IMG/VR virus record: IMGVR_UViG_3300005286_000044
Location: 1 to 38,339 of that record
Reading direction: 5' to 3' (one strand)
DNA length: 38,339 nucleotides
Origin: a virus
Taxonomy: Duplodnaviria > Caudoviricetes
Made by a program: the position numbers and the translations under genes. Below, one piece after another: positions 26,622-36,016 of this stretch. Position 1 is the first letter of the stretch; each line of letters opens with the position of its first letter. The notes under the pieces are model-generated. The model did no database searches. It was not told the DNA's origin and saw nothing but the letters and a program-made list of their open reading frames with translations.

Positions 26622-26813
26622 CTAATAATCTCCGCTGAACGCTGTTCCCCATTTTACCCTTCGAGCGCCGTGGGTTCCAGTAGGGCTACGAGAAGAAGCG
26701 GAGGTTCACACCCTGCTCATTCAGACCGCCGAATATCAAAGCGTTGTTGAGCAGCTATCGTAGCATCCCGCCACATCCAAGCGCACGCTCGTGTTACCCA
26801 AAATGACACCCAG

Positions 26814-27220
26814 TGTTGTTTGACGAGGAGGACCGGAATATCCGGGATTACCCGGGAAGAGGCGGGAAAGGCCGGGAAAACAAGGGGTTGAGCGCGCGCC
26901 AGCGAGCCCGGCCCGTGTCCGGAATTTTCAGGGAGAAGCGCCATTGATCGGGCGGGGGCGACGAAATCGTCGCATCATTCGCGGCGCCTTCGAAAACCCG
27001 TGATGATCCTTTGAGGCGGCCTCAAGTGGTTGATAAATCGGCTTTGAGGCTTTGCGATACCGAGGCTAGCCGCCCCTATCACCATCGTCCCGCGGGGCCT
27101 CAAATCCAATTTGAGGTTTCACACAACGTGAAACTTCGCGGATCATGCGGCCCAAGACTTTGAAATCAAAGGTGAAATCTTCAGCGAATAGGCCAGAGAA
27201 CGCGCATCCGAGGTTTCACG
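26814..27220. repeat. Repeat-rich putative Mu-like left end (candidate transposase-binding sites)
   Basis: CCGGGAA-like units at ~10-bp period (26833-26880), TTGAGG/CCTCAA palindromes, GAGGTTTCAC twice, GTTTCAC..GTGAAAC palindrome. Confidence 0.45.
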
Positions 27221-27334
27221 ATGCCTGTCGGTCGAGCTGGGATCGGTCCCGCCGTCGTGCGGCGCTCGGAAAAAGCCCCTCGGCCGCCCAGATCTCAAGG
27301 AGCCCGGCGAAGAGCGGGTCGAGGTGTCGCGGGA

Positions 27335-27535
27335 ATGGTTTGCGATGGCGGGAGACGATCTCCATCATCACGCCGTCCGGGGCTGATCGCGGTCCGCCTG
27401 CCGGATGACGATCGCGCCAAGGTGGATGCGGCCTTGCGCGAGGGGGAGCGGATATCCGATTTCGTGCGCCTTGCGATCGAGCGGGAACTCTCGCGACGGG
27501 CGAATAGCGATCAGCCTCCCGAACCGGGAGGCTGA
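27335..27535 (+). CDS. Ribbon-helix-helix DNA-binding protein
   Basis: IAVRLPDDDRAKVDAALREGERISDFVRLAIEREL; start uncertain. Confidence 0.55.
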   Translation: MVCDGGRRSPSSRRPGLIAVRLPDDDRAKVDAALREGERISDFVRLAIERELSRRANSDQPPEPGG

Positions 27536-27880
27536 TCTAAAATTGTAGAATCACAACTATTATTTCGACTCACATCGCCATGGCGATGACGTTGCCGGCG
27601 CCGCGCGCTGACGGTGGATGTGTATGCCATCGGCTGATACCGTCAAGCTTGCAAGCGGCTGATCCACAATCTAGCGTAGCTGCCTGTCGCCGAAGAAAAT
27701 GGGGTGGCCATCGTGTGAGATTGAGATACCGCCCCTGAGGCGAGCGCGGGTCTTACCCGCGACGGGCCGCCTAGCCGAAACTCCCTCCATCATCATCATC
27801 CGCAGCGCCGCCGGCCGAGAGGCCGGGCTGCGTCGTGCGTCGTCATGTCTGACGCGGGCCGCGGTCGAGCCGCACCAGCA

Positions 27881-28399
27881 TCAGCCCGCGCGTTTGCCGG
27901 TGCCGGGCTCGGCGGCCGCTTGCGCCAGGCGCTCCTCGAGCTCGCGGACGAGGACGGGGATGACGGCGTCGACGACGGCCTCGTCGCGGAGGTCGGTGAC
28001 CCGAAGGAGCAGCGCGTTGTAGAGACCGCCGGCCTCGACGACGAGCACGTCTTCGGGCGGCTCCTGCCGGTGCGCCTTGTAGGCCCGGCGCGCCGCGCGC
28101 TGCAGCCGGAGCAGGAGCTCCGGAACGACAGGCGTTGCTGGCGCCGGCGCTTTGGACGGATCGTCGAACATCGGGCCGTCCTCCGCTATCAGCCACGACA
28201 GGTTGACGCCGAAAAGCCGCCGGTAGGCTACCAGAAGCTCCATATCCGGCTTGGCCACACCTCTTTCGTACGAGCCCAAGGTGTCAGGCTTGATGCCGAG
28301 AAGTGCCGCGAACCCGCTTCGTCCATCATGTCCGAGCGCCTTACGGACGTCAGCCAGCCGACGCCCGAGAGGCGTTTTGTAAGTTTCTGGTCGCGCCAT
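27881..28399 (-). CDS. Phage repressor (XRE HTH), no S24 autoprotease domain
   Basis: LGRRLADVRKALG...FAALLGIKPDTLGSYERG..P....VNLSWLI; divergent from ner. Confidence 0.85.
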   Translation of the reverse strand: MARPETYKTPLGRRLADVRKALGHDGRSGFAALLGIKPDTLGSYERGVAKPDMELLVAYRRLFGVNLSWLIAEDGPMFDDPSKAPAPATPVVPELLLRLQRAARRAYKAHRQEPPEDVLVVEAGGLYNALLLRVTDLRDEAVVDAVIPVLVRELEERLAQAAAEPGTGKRAG

Positions 28400-28477
28400 C
28401 CTGAAAGCGAAGATTTTTCGTTTACAAAACGATGTTTCTTCGTTATCCCTTTCTGAGTTCGCAGATTTCATCACCCC

Positions 28478-28503
28478 AAAAAAGGAGGCCGGCCAGGGCC
28501 TCC
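28478..28503 (-). terminator. Possible minus-strand terminator between ner and the repressor
   Basis: GGAGGCC-N6-GGCCTCC preceded on + by AAAAAA. Confidence 0.4.
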
Positions 28504-28523
28504 CTCATGGACAGGACCGATTT

Positions 28524-28859
28524 ATGCACCGCGACGCCGGAGCCCGCAATGTCAACCGCGCCGAAATGCGCCGGCTGAAAGAGGTCGCGAGGATCAGGGA
28601 GCTCCTGACGCTCGCGCAGATCACGCTCACCGCCATCGACAAGACCTACGGACTGCCGGCCGGCACGGCCGGCAATGCCGTGCACGAGCCGCACGTGGCC
28701 GGCGAGCGGGCGATCGCCGCCGCGCTCCGGACGCATCCGCATCTCCTGTGGCCGTCGCGCTACCTCGCCGACGGCCGGCGCCTGTCGCCGCAGCCGGCCA
28801 TCAACTACCGCCATGCCCGCCGCGCCGCGGCCGGCGGCTCGTCGCACGAGGCAGCGTGA
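28524..28859 (+). CDS. ner: Ner/Nlp-like DNA-binding protein
   Basis: P..AGERAIAAAL...P..LWPSRY signature. Confidence 0.8.
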   Translation: MHRDAGARNVNRAEMRRLKEVARIRELLTLAQITLTAIDKTYGLPAGTAGNAVHEPHVAGERAIAAALRTHPHLLWPSRYLADGRRLSPQPAINYRHARRAAAGGSSHEAA

Positions 28860-28922
28860 TGGAGAAGACCAGGTTCGACGACGCAATCTTCGCTCGCGAA
28901 ACCGCTGCGGCGCAGCGCGCAT

Positions 28923-29279
28923 TTACGGACAATCTTCGTCGTCAAAGAGCGCGGCCACCTCTTCCGCGTAAAGGGGGTTCGGCTCCCCGGATGCCGCGCG
29001 CACCCAGGCCTCGTGTCGCTGGCGCAGTGCGTAGATTTCGGGCGGCAGTCCGAGCCTTCTTGTCCATTCTTCGGTCGCCAGGCGGGCCCAGCCAAGGCGG
29101 AGGCCGTTGATGCCTTCTCCTTCCTCGGCCGCGATGTCGTCAGCCATCCCCGCGCGGTACTCGGTCCGCAACAGCGCGCCGGCCACGTCCCCCCGCCTCA
29201 ACGCACCGCGCTCCATCAGCGCGTCCACAATTTCGAGGAGCAACATCCCCGTGACCCTCGTCTCCGCCTCGTCGATCAT
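28923..29279 (-). CDS. Antisense hypothetical protein inside the early operon
   Basis: Strong RBS AAAGGAG before ATG 29279; protein-like helical sequence MIDEAETRVTGMLLLEIVDALMERG. Confidence 0.55.
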   Translation of the reverse strand: MIDEAETRVTGMLLLEIVDALMERGALRRGDVAGALLRTEYRAGMADDIAAEEGEGINGLRLGWARLATEEWTRRLGLPPEIYALRQRHEAWVRAASGEPNPLYAEEVAALFDDEDCP

Positions 29280-29486
29280 CCGCGGTCTCCTTTCGCCCAA
29301 GAGCGATGGGCCGATCGTGCCGCAGGACGCGGCCCCTGCAAAGGCGAAAAGCTCCGCCGATTTCGCCGTCTCTCCTTTTGCCGCCTCGCGGCCGGCGCGC
29401 CGGCCCGGGGAGACCCTCCTCCTCGTCGTCATCACCGCTGCCGGTCTCGCGGCCGTCCTCGTGGCGCTCTTTCGGGCGGTGCCGTG

Positions 29487-29891
29487 ATGACCTTCTACCT
29501 TTCCCGTCCCACCCACGAAGGAGTGACAGTCTTGCGTAATCCGTACTCCGAAGACGAGCGGCTCGAGGCGATGGTCAGCGCCGCGGTCCGGGCCTGCCGA
29601 TCCCATTTCAACCATCTGCCGATCCGCCACCTGATCAGCCCGCCGCGCGACATGTTCGATGCCAAGCTCGCCCGGCAGATCGCGATCCACGTGCTCTGCG
29701 AGCGCTTCGACATCCCGCGACGCCGGGTGGTGAAGCTGCTCGGCGTCGGGCGCGCGATGGTGCTGCAGTCGATCCGCACCGTCGAGCGGCGCCGCGAGGA
29801 CCCTGTCTTCGAGCGGGCCTATGACCGGATCGCGGCGCGGGCCATGGACACATTCATGGCGGCGCTCGCCGACGACGCGGAGGCCGCATAG
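29487..29891 (+). CDS. DnaA C-terminal (domain IV)-like HTH protein
   Basis: LISPPR...AKLARQIAIHVL...IPRRRVVKLLGVGRAMVLQSIRTVE resembles the DnaA-C RQIAMYL...DHTTV pattern. Confidence 0.6.
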   Translation: MTFYLSRPTHEGVTVLRNPYSEDERLEAMVSAAVRACRSHFNHLPIRHLISPPRDMFDAKLARQIAIHVLCERFDIPRRRVVKLLGVGRAMVLQSIRTVERRREDPVFERAYDRIAARAMDTFMAALADDAEAA

Positions 29892-30728
29892 ATGGCCGAG
29901 CTGATCCGTCTCCCCCTCGCCCAGCTCCATCAAGGCGACCGGCTGCGGCCGGTCGACATGGACGTCGCCGCGGCAATCGCAGCATCCTTCGAAGAGCGCG
30001 GCCAGATCACGCCGGTCACAGTCCGGCGCACGCCGGCGAAAAACAAGGGCTCGACGCCCTATACGCTGATCGCCGGCGGGCACCGCTGCGCCGCCGCCGT
30101 CATCCTCGGCTGGGCCGAGCTCGACGCGATCGTCGTCCAGGCGGACGGCGCCGAAGCGCAGCTCCTCGAGATCGCGGAAAATCTCTATCGCGCCGAGCTC
30201 TCGGCGCTCGACCGGGCGGTGTTTGTCCTCAAATACCGCGAGCTGTGGGAGGAGGCCCGCGGCAAGATCAAGCGCGGGCGCTATGCAGCCGAAAAGGATC
30301 ACGATGATCCTTTTCGAACTTTCGCGCCGGGGCGAGAGCTTTCGAAGGACGTCCATGAGCGGCTCGGGTTCGGCCCGGCAAGCTTCAAGCGGATCAACCG
30401 CATCGGCCAGAACCTGCACCCGACACTGCGCGCGGCGGTGCGCGGCACGCCCGCCGAGCGCGACCAGGCGAAGCTCCTGAAGCTGGCGAAGCTGCCGGTC
30501 GACGATCAGCTCCGGGTCGCGGCGGCGCTGAAGGAAAAGCCGGACCTGAAGCTGGCGCTGTCCTTCCTGCGGCCGGAAAAACCCGCCGCCGGCGCCCTCG
30601 ACGAGCAGGCGGAGATTTTCCGCAAGGTCGCGCTCCTCCTCGAAAAAGCCGACGACGCCACGCTGCGCCGCGTGCTGGAGCATGTCGGCGACATGCGCGA
30701 CTGGAGCTTCCTGGAGGCGGCACAATGA
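29892..30728 (+). CDS. ParB N-terminal domain protein
   Basis: SFEERGQITPVTV, LIAGGHRCAAA, EIAENLYRAELS. Confidence 0.85.
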   Translation: MAELIRLPLAQLHQGDRLRPVDMDVAAAIAASFEERGQITPVTVRRTPAKNKGSTPYTLIAGGHRCAAAVILGWAELDAIVVQADGAEAQLLEIAENLYRAELSALDRAVFVLKYRELWEEARGKIKRGRYAAEKDHDDPFRTFAPGRELSKDVHERLGFGPASFKRINRIGQNLHPTLRAAVRGTPAERDQAKLLKLAKLPVDDQLRVAAALKEKPDLKLALSFLRPEKPAAGALDEQAEIFRKVALLLEKADDATLRRVLEHVGDMRDWSFLEAAQ

Positions 30729-31189
30729 CCCGCCGCGATCCCGCCCAGGCCGATTTCTTCGCCGAGCCGGTCTTCCCGGTGCGCTCGCCCGTCGAGCGCA
30801 TCGACATCGACCGCTTCCGCTCGCGGCTCAAGCGCGAGATGGCGCGGGCAATCCGCGAATGCCCGCATGACCGGCCGGCAATCGCCGCGCGGATGGCGAC
30901 CTATCTCGGCGTGCCGTCGGTTTCGAAAGCCTCGCTCGACGCCTACACCGCGGAAAGCAAGGAGGGCCACGACGTCAGCCTCGTCCGCTTTAAAGCCTTC
31001 GTGCGGGCGACCGGAGCGATCTGGCTGTGGGACCTCGTCGTGTCGGATGACGGGCTGTTGCTGCTGCAGGGCGACGAGGCCCGGCTCGCCGAGATCGCCC
31101 GTCTCCAGCAAGAGCAGCGGGCGATCGCGGCCGAGATCAAGCAGCTCAAATCGCGGCCCGTCCGCATCCGACGGCAGGGCGAGCGCTGA
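30725..31189 (+). CDS. Phage hypothetical/regulatory protein
   Basis: ATGA-coupled; RPAIAARM..LG..VSKASLDAYTAES motif. Confidence 0.7.
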   Translation: MTRRDPAQADFFAEPVFPVRSPVERIDIDRFRSRLKREMARAIRECPHDRPAIAARMATYLGVPSVSKASLDAYTAESKEGHDVSLVRFKAFVRATGAIWLWDLVVSDDGLLLLQGDEARLAEIARLQQEQRAIAAEIKQLKSRPVRIRRQGER

Positions 31190-31416
31190 TGGCCGGCAAG
31201 ATCTCCATCATCGGCCAGATCGCGGAAATCGACCGCGAGATCGCCCATCGCCAGAAGCTCTACCCGCGCCTCGTCCGCGAAGGCCGGATGCGCGAGGCGG
31301 AGCGTGTCATGCTGATGGACCGGATCGACGCGATCCGCGCCACGCTGCTTTTTTGCCGCGAGCACGAGGCCGACATCCGGCGCTACATCGCCGAGAAAAA
31401 GGCGGGCGCGGCATGA
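31189..31416 (+). CDS. Phage hypothetical protein
   Basis: Coupled ORF QIAEIDREIAHRQKLYPRLV..GRM. Confidence 0.7.
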   Translation: MAGKISIIGQIAEIDREIAHRQKLYPRLVREGRMREAERVMLMDRIDAIRATLLFCREHEADIRRYIAEKKAGAA

Positions 31417-33380
31417 AGGAGTGGTACACGCTCGCCGAACTCGCCGCGGCGAAGCTGCCGGGCTTGCCGCATACGGTGCCCGCGCTCAACAACATGGCAG
31501 CGCGGAGGGGCTGGCGGGACGATGCCGCCAAGGTGCGCAGGCTCGAGGGCCGCGGAGGCGGCTATGCCTACCATGTCGGCGTCCTGCCGGCCGATGCCAG
31601 GGCAAGGCTCGCTTTTCTCGATGCCTCCCCGCCCCCGCCGGAGGCCGTCTCGAAGCTCCTTTGGCGGGCCTACGAGGCGCTGACCGAGGCGCAGCGCGCG
31701 ACCTGCCGGCGGCGGCTCGACGTGCTGCTGACCTGGGAGGAGATGCGCGCCGCCGGGATGAGCGCGCGGCAGGCGACCGCCTATTGCACGATCCAGCACG
31801 AGGTCGCGAGCTCGACGCTCTACGAATGGCGGCAGATGGTCGAGGGTCACGCCCGCCAGGACTGGCTCGCGGCGCTCGCCCCAAACACCTCGGCCGGCGC
31901 CGTCGCACAGACCGCCGAGTGCCACCCGGACGCATGGGACGTGCTTTCCGCCGACTACCTGCGGCCGGAGGCGCCGCGGTTTTCGGCCTGCTACCGCCGG
32001 ATGGTCGAAGTCGCGCGGCTTAAGGGATGGACGCCCATCCCCGCGGAGCGGACGCTCCGCCGGCACATGGACGCCAAGGTCCCGCACGCCGTGCAGGTGC
32101 TGGCCCGAAAGGGCCAGGAGGAGGCGCGCAAGCTCTTCCCCGCGCAGGAACGTTCGGTCGCCCACCTGATGGCGATGCAATACGTCAATACCGACGGGCA
32201 CAAGCTCGACCTGCACGTCCTCCTGCCCGGCCGGGACAAGCCGACCCGCGTCTACCTGATGGCGACGCAGGACATCTACTCGCGCAAAATCCTGTCGTGG
32301 GTGCTGACCGAGGCGGAGACGTGGGAGGCGGTGCGCACGATCGTCGGCCGCATGGTCGAGGATCATGGTATCCCGGAACGCCTGTACATGGACAATGGCC
32401 GGTCCTTCGCGTCGAAGAAAATCTCCGGCGGCGCGCGGCGGCGAAATCGCTTCCGGATCACCGAGGACGAGGTGGCCGGTCTGCTCAAGACGCTGGGCAT
32501 CGACGGCCGTTTCGTCACGCCCTATCGCGGCCAGTCCAAACCGATCGAGCGGGCGTGGGGAGACCTCGCCGAGGAAATTTCGAAGCATCCGGACATGGCC
32601 GGCGCCTATACCGGCCGCAGCACGCAGCACAAGCCGGAAAATTACGGCTCGCGGGCGGTGCCGATCGCGGAGCTCGAGCGCCACGTCGCCGCCCGGATCG
32701 CCGAGCACAATGCCCGTGCCGGCCGAAAGACCGAGACGGCCGGGGGCCGCAGCTTCGACGAGGTCTTCGCCGCGTCGATGGCCGATCCGGCCAATCTCGT
32801 CCGTTTCGCAGCGCCGGCGCAGCGCTCGCTCTGGATGCTGACAGCCGAGACCGTCACCGCCCGCAAGCCGGCCGGCGCGATCCACCTGCACGGCAACCGC
32901 TACTGGTCGCGCGAGCTCAATCAGTGGATCGGGAAGAAGCTGACCGTGCGCTTCGACCCGTCAGACCTGCACGCGGCCATCAAGGTCTACGACCCCAAGG
33001 GCCGGCTGATCTGCGACGCCGAGTGCATCGACAAGACCGGCTTCGACTGCCAGGCGGCGGCGCGCGAGACCGCACGGGCGAGCGCTGACGACATGCGGGC
33101 GACCAAGGCACAGAAGGCCGCGGCCCGCCGTCTCACCGACCTGCAGCTCAAGCAGCTCATGAAACGCGGCGAGCGCGAGGAGGCCGTCCCGGCGAAGCCG
33201 TCGCGGCCGAAGGTGACGCGGCTGATCACGCGCCGCCAGGAGGCGCCCGCGGCCCCGGCGCCGGGCCTGATCGACGAGCAGCAATTTTCGGACGATTTCA
33301 GCCGCGGGCTCGCGCGGCTGGCCGGCGGCGAGGCCGCCATTCTCCCATTCCCGAAAGGGGATCAGCGAAGGACCGATTAG
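31413..33380 (+). CDS. Mu-like DDE transposase (MuA)
   Basis: N-terminal Mu HTH (KEWYTLAELA..LPGLP..GGGYAYH), DDE NTDGH / MDNG / KPIERAW, C-terminal VRFDPSDL. Confidence 0.95.
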   Translation: MKEWYTLAELAAAKLPGLPHTVPALNNMAARRGWRDDAAKVRRLEGRGGGYAYHVGVLPADARARLAFLDASPPPPEAVSKLLWRAYEALTEAQRATCRRRLDVLLTWEEMRAAGMSARQATAYCTIQHEVASSTLYEWRQMVEGHARQDWLAALAPNTSAGAVAQTAECHPDAWDVLSADYLRPEAPRFSACYRRMVEVARLKGWTPIPAERTLRRHMDAKVPHAVQVLARKGQEEARKLFPAQERSVAHLMAMQYVNTDGHKLDLHVLLPGRDKPTRVYLMATQDIYSRKILSWVLTEAETWEAVRTIVGRMVEDHGIPERLYMDNGRSFASKKISGGARRRNRFRITEDEVAGLLKTLGIDGRFVTPYRGQSKPIERAWGDLAEEISKHPDMAGAYTGRSTQHKPENYGSRAVPIAELERHVAARIAEHNARAGRKTETAGGRSFDEVFAASMADPANLVRFAAPAQRSLWMLTAETVTARKPAGAIHLHGNRYWSRELNQWIGKKLTVRFDPSDLHAAIKVYDPKGRLICDAECIDKTGFDCQAAARETARASADDMRATKAQKAAARRLTDLQLKQLMKRGEREEAVPAKPSRPKVTRLITRRQEAPAAPAPGLIDEQQFSDDFSRGLARLAGGEAAILPFPKGDQRRTD

Positions 33381-33396
33381 TACCGCGTTCGGTTCC

Positions 33397-33424
33397 AAAA
33401 AAATGGCGGGCCGAAGGGCCCGCC
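33397..33424 (-). terminator. Hairpin between A and B genes; terminator-like on the minus strand
   Basis: A7-T then GGCGGGCC-GAAG-GGCCCGCC. Confidence 0.5.
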
Positions 33425-33449
33425 GCAGACAAAAGCAAAGGAACCCTAG

Positions 33450-34472
33450 ATGAAAAAAGCAGTCAGCACAATCCAGGTCTGGGAAGTCCCGACGCCGCTT
33501 CCCGCCTTCGCCGACAAGCACGGCCCGGCCGAGGTCGAGCGGTGGCGCAAGCTTCTGACCCGCGTCATCGACGCCGCCCGCGCCGCCGGCTGGAGCAAGG
33601 CCGAGGTCGCCCGCCGGTCCGGCGTCCGCGAGAGCACCTTCTCGCAGTGGACCACGGGGAGCTACGCGGGGCTCCTCACCAATGTCAATGACGAGGTCGG
33701 CCGCTGGCTCGACGCGCTCGAAGAGAGCTCCTCGCTCGCCGCCAGCTTGCCCGTCGCGCCGAAATTCATCCGCACCGCGACCGGCGCTGAGGTCTTCAAC
33801 GTGCTGCTCTACGCCCAGCTTTCGGCCGGCTTTACCATGGTGGTACTGCCTTCCGGCGCGGGCAAGACGACGGCGTGCCGGCACTTCGTCGCGACCCGTC
33901 CGCATGCTTGGATGGCGACGATCAGTCCGCACACCAAGACGACGCATGGCATGCTGATCGAGCTCGCCTCCGAGCTCGACGTGCACGAGCACAATCCTGC
34001 CCGCCTCGTCCGGGCGATCGGCCGGAAGCTGCAGCGGATCGGCGAGGGCACGCTGCTCATCATCGACGAAGCGCAAAATCTGGTCCCGGACGCCATCAAT
34101 CAGTTGAGGCACTTTGTGGACATGTACCAGTGCGGCGTTGCCCTCGTCGGCAACGAAGACACGGGCGTGGCGTTCCTCAAGGAGCGCGGCTCGATCGCCA
34201 GCCGGGCGCAGGTGCTCACCCGTTTCGACCGGCGACTGCGCACCGAGCGCGACCCGGTCGGCGACGCGCACATGCTAATCGAGGCGTGGGGCGTCGACGA
34301 TCCTGACAGCGTGAAATTTCTGGCCGGGATCGCCACCAAGCCCGGGGCGCTGCGCAACATAGACCGGACACTCCGGGCCGCTGCGATGGCCGCGCTCGGA
34401 GCCGGCGAGGATATCTCGCTCAAGCACCTCGCCACCGCCTGGCGCAATCGCGACCTCGGAGAGCTGGCATGA
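33450..34472 (+). CDS. MuB-like AAA+ ATPase with N-terminal HTH
   Basis: WSKAEVARRSGV..STFSQW HTH, PSGAGKTT, LLIIDEAQ, LVGN; follows the transposase. Confidence 0.9.
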   Translation: MKKAVSTIQVWEVPTPLPAFADKHGPAEVERWRKLLTRVIDAARAAGWSKAEVARRSGVRESTFSQWTTGSYAGLLTNVNDEVGRWLDALEESSSLAASLPVAPKFIRTATGAEVFNVLLYAQLSAGFTMVVLPSGAGKTTACRHFVATRPHAWMATISPHTKTTHGMLIELASELDVHEHNPARLVRAIGRKLQRIGEGTLLIIDEAQNLVPDAINQLRHFVDMYQCGVALVGNEDTGVAFLKERGSIASRAQVLTRFDRRLRTERDPVGDAHMLIEAWGVDDPDSVKFLAGIATKPGALRNIDRTLRAAAMAALGAGEDISLKHLATAWRNRDLGELA

Positions 34473-34738
34473 TCGCGGCCATCTCGCCTCATACCCTCTC
34501 CCGCGAGCTGCGCACCGTCGCCGCGGACGTGCTCCGGGCCGACGCGCGCGACCTCACCCGGATCGCCCGGCTCATAGACCGGCTCGCCGACCTCGCGCTG
34601 TCGATGGAGGCCGAACTGAAGATCCTCCGCGACATCGAGGCCGGCCGCGAGCTGCGCGTCGGCATGCATCGGGCGATCGACGCGGAGCTCGCCGCGCCGG
34701 CCGATACCAATGTCGTCGAGCTCGGGAGGCGGAAATGA
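34469..34738 (+). CDS. Phage hypothetical protein
   Basis: ATGA-coupled chain of early genes. Confidence 0.65.
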   Translation: MIAAISPHTLSRELRTVAADVLRADARDLTRIARLIDRLADLALSMEAELKILRDIEAGRELRVGMHRAIDAELAAPADTNVVELGRRK

Positions 34739-35040
34739 ATATCGACGATCTGCCTTCCGACGATCTCGCTTTTCTTCGCGATCTCTTCACGGCCTCCGCG
34801 CTGGAAGGCCATGAGGTGCGGTTCAACCGCACCTCGACCTGTCGCCTCGCCGTGCTCCTGACAGGCCTCGTCAAGGACTGTCGGGCGCTCGAGGAGGAGG
34901 TCCGCGTCCTGGAGCACCGGCTGCGGGCGCGCGGCGACGATCTGCGCAATCGCAAGGCCTCTGCCGCCGCAGCGGACGACAAGATCGTCGCCTTCCCGGT
35001 CATCGCCCGGCCGGTGCCGCCGGAAGGCGGTGCCGCATGA
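34735..35040 (+). CDS. Phage hypothetical protein
   Basis: ATGA-coupled; RBS GGAGG. Confidence 0.65.
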   Translation: MNIDDLPSDDLAFLRDLFTASALEGHEVRFNRTSTCRLAVLLTGLVKDCRALEEEVRVLEHRLRARGDDLRNRKASAAAADDKIVAFPVIARPVPPEGGAA

Positions 35041-35345
35041 GCGACGAGGAGAAGCTCCGCGTGGCCGCGGCCGAGGTCGACGTCGTCGACCTCGCCGGCG
35101 CCATCGTCGCCAACCCCGTACGCGGCACGATCGCCTGTACGCAGGCCGGGACGCTCGCCCTGGCGCTCGCCTTCGAGCTCGCCTGGGCGATCTCGCTCGA
35201 GGCGGACGTGCTGGTACGGGCGCTCAAGCTCCCGATCACCGGCAATGACGAGCAGGACGATGTCCGCGATCACGCCATCCAGTCGCAGATCGACGCGGTC
35301 GAGCACCTGCTCGCGCCGATCCGCAAGCCCAGAACCACCTCTTGA
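35037..35345 (+). CDS. Phage hypothetical protein
   Basis: ATGA-coupled. Confidence 0.6.
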   Translation: MSDEEKLRVAAAEVDVVDLAGAIVANPVRGTIACTQAGTLALALAFELAWAISLEADVLVRALKLPITGNDEQDDVRDHAIQSQIDAVEHLLAPIRKPRTTS

Positions 35346-35356
35346 GGAGACCAAAA

Positions 35357-36016
35357 ATGGAAGCAGTCATCATCGAAGAGCGCCCGGAAGAGGGCGTCAT
35401 CATCGCCAACGGCAAGAAATACATGGCCGACGCCAAGGGCTCGCTCGTGCCGCTCGAGCTGATCAAGCCGGCCGACCGGCTCGAGGACGAGACGGTGCGC
35501 AAGATCATGGGCTTTGCCCGCGATCTGTCGGCGCAGATCGCCCGCTTCCGCGGGCACACGATGACCGATCTCGGGGAATTCGACGCTCTGCTCGAGCAGG
35601 AATACGGCCTGGCGAAAGGCGGCACAAAGGGCAACCGGACCTATCAGACCTTCGACGGGCTGAAGAAGGTGCAGGTGCAGGTGTCGGATTTCGTCGACTT
35701 CGGGCCGTCGCTGCAGGTCGCCAAGGGTCTGGTCGACGAGTGCCTCAACGAGTGGTCGACGGACGCGCGGCCGGAGATCCAGACGATCGTCACCCGCGCT
35801 TTCAACACGGACAAGGAAGGCCAGATCAACCGCTCCGAGATTTTCATGCTTCTGCGGCTCGACATCGACGACGAGCGCTGGAAACGGGCGATGGACGCGA
35901 TCCGCGAGGCGATGCGCGTCACCGGCTCGAAGGAGTATGTCCGCTTCTATGAGCGCTCGGCGGTGACCGAGGGCTGGCGTGCTGTCACCATCGACCTCGC
36001 AAAGGCAGGTGCGTGA
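35357..36016 (+). CDS. DUF3164-family protein of Mu-like phages
   Basis: YMADAKGSLVP...IKP.D.LED, GGTKGN..TFDG, LQVAK.LVDECL.EW, SKEYVRFYER. Confidence 0.88.
   Translation: MEAVIIEERPEEGVIIANGKKYMADAKGSLVPLELIKPADRLEDETVRKIMGFARDLSAQIARFRGHTMTDLGEFDALLEQEYGLAKGGTKGNRTYQTFDGLKKVQVQVSDFVDFGPSLQVAKGLVDECLNEWSTDARPEIQTIVTRAFNTDKEGQINRSEIFMLLRLDIDDERWKRAMDAIREAMRVTGSKEYVRFYERSAVTEGWRAVTIDLAKAGA

Larger units (their letters stand above)
13242..26813. mobile_element. Tyrosine-integrase genomic island / phage-satellite-like element with defence-type cargo
   Basis: tRNA fragment at the left end, int-alpA-primase-helicase core, TGTTACCCA motif near both ends, no virion genes seen. Confidence 0.75.

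Noticed and set aside
29280-30725. Upstream part of the 600-aa minus-strand ORF
   Set aside because: Shadow frame of the ParB and DnaA-C-like genes; only the part from the RBS-backed ATG at 29279 is retained
33839-33872. Inactive MuB because the first Walker A Gly is replaced (VLPSGAGKT)
   Set aside because: GKT and Walker B (DEAQ) are intact; inactivation cannot be inferred from this substitution alone
31383-34271. Long minus-strand ORFs (502 aa and 436 aa)
   Set aside because: Antisense shadows of MuA and MuB caused by high-GC codon bias
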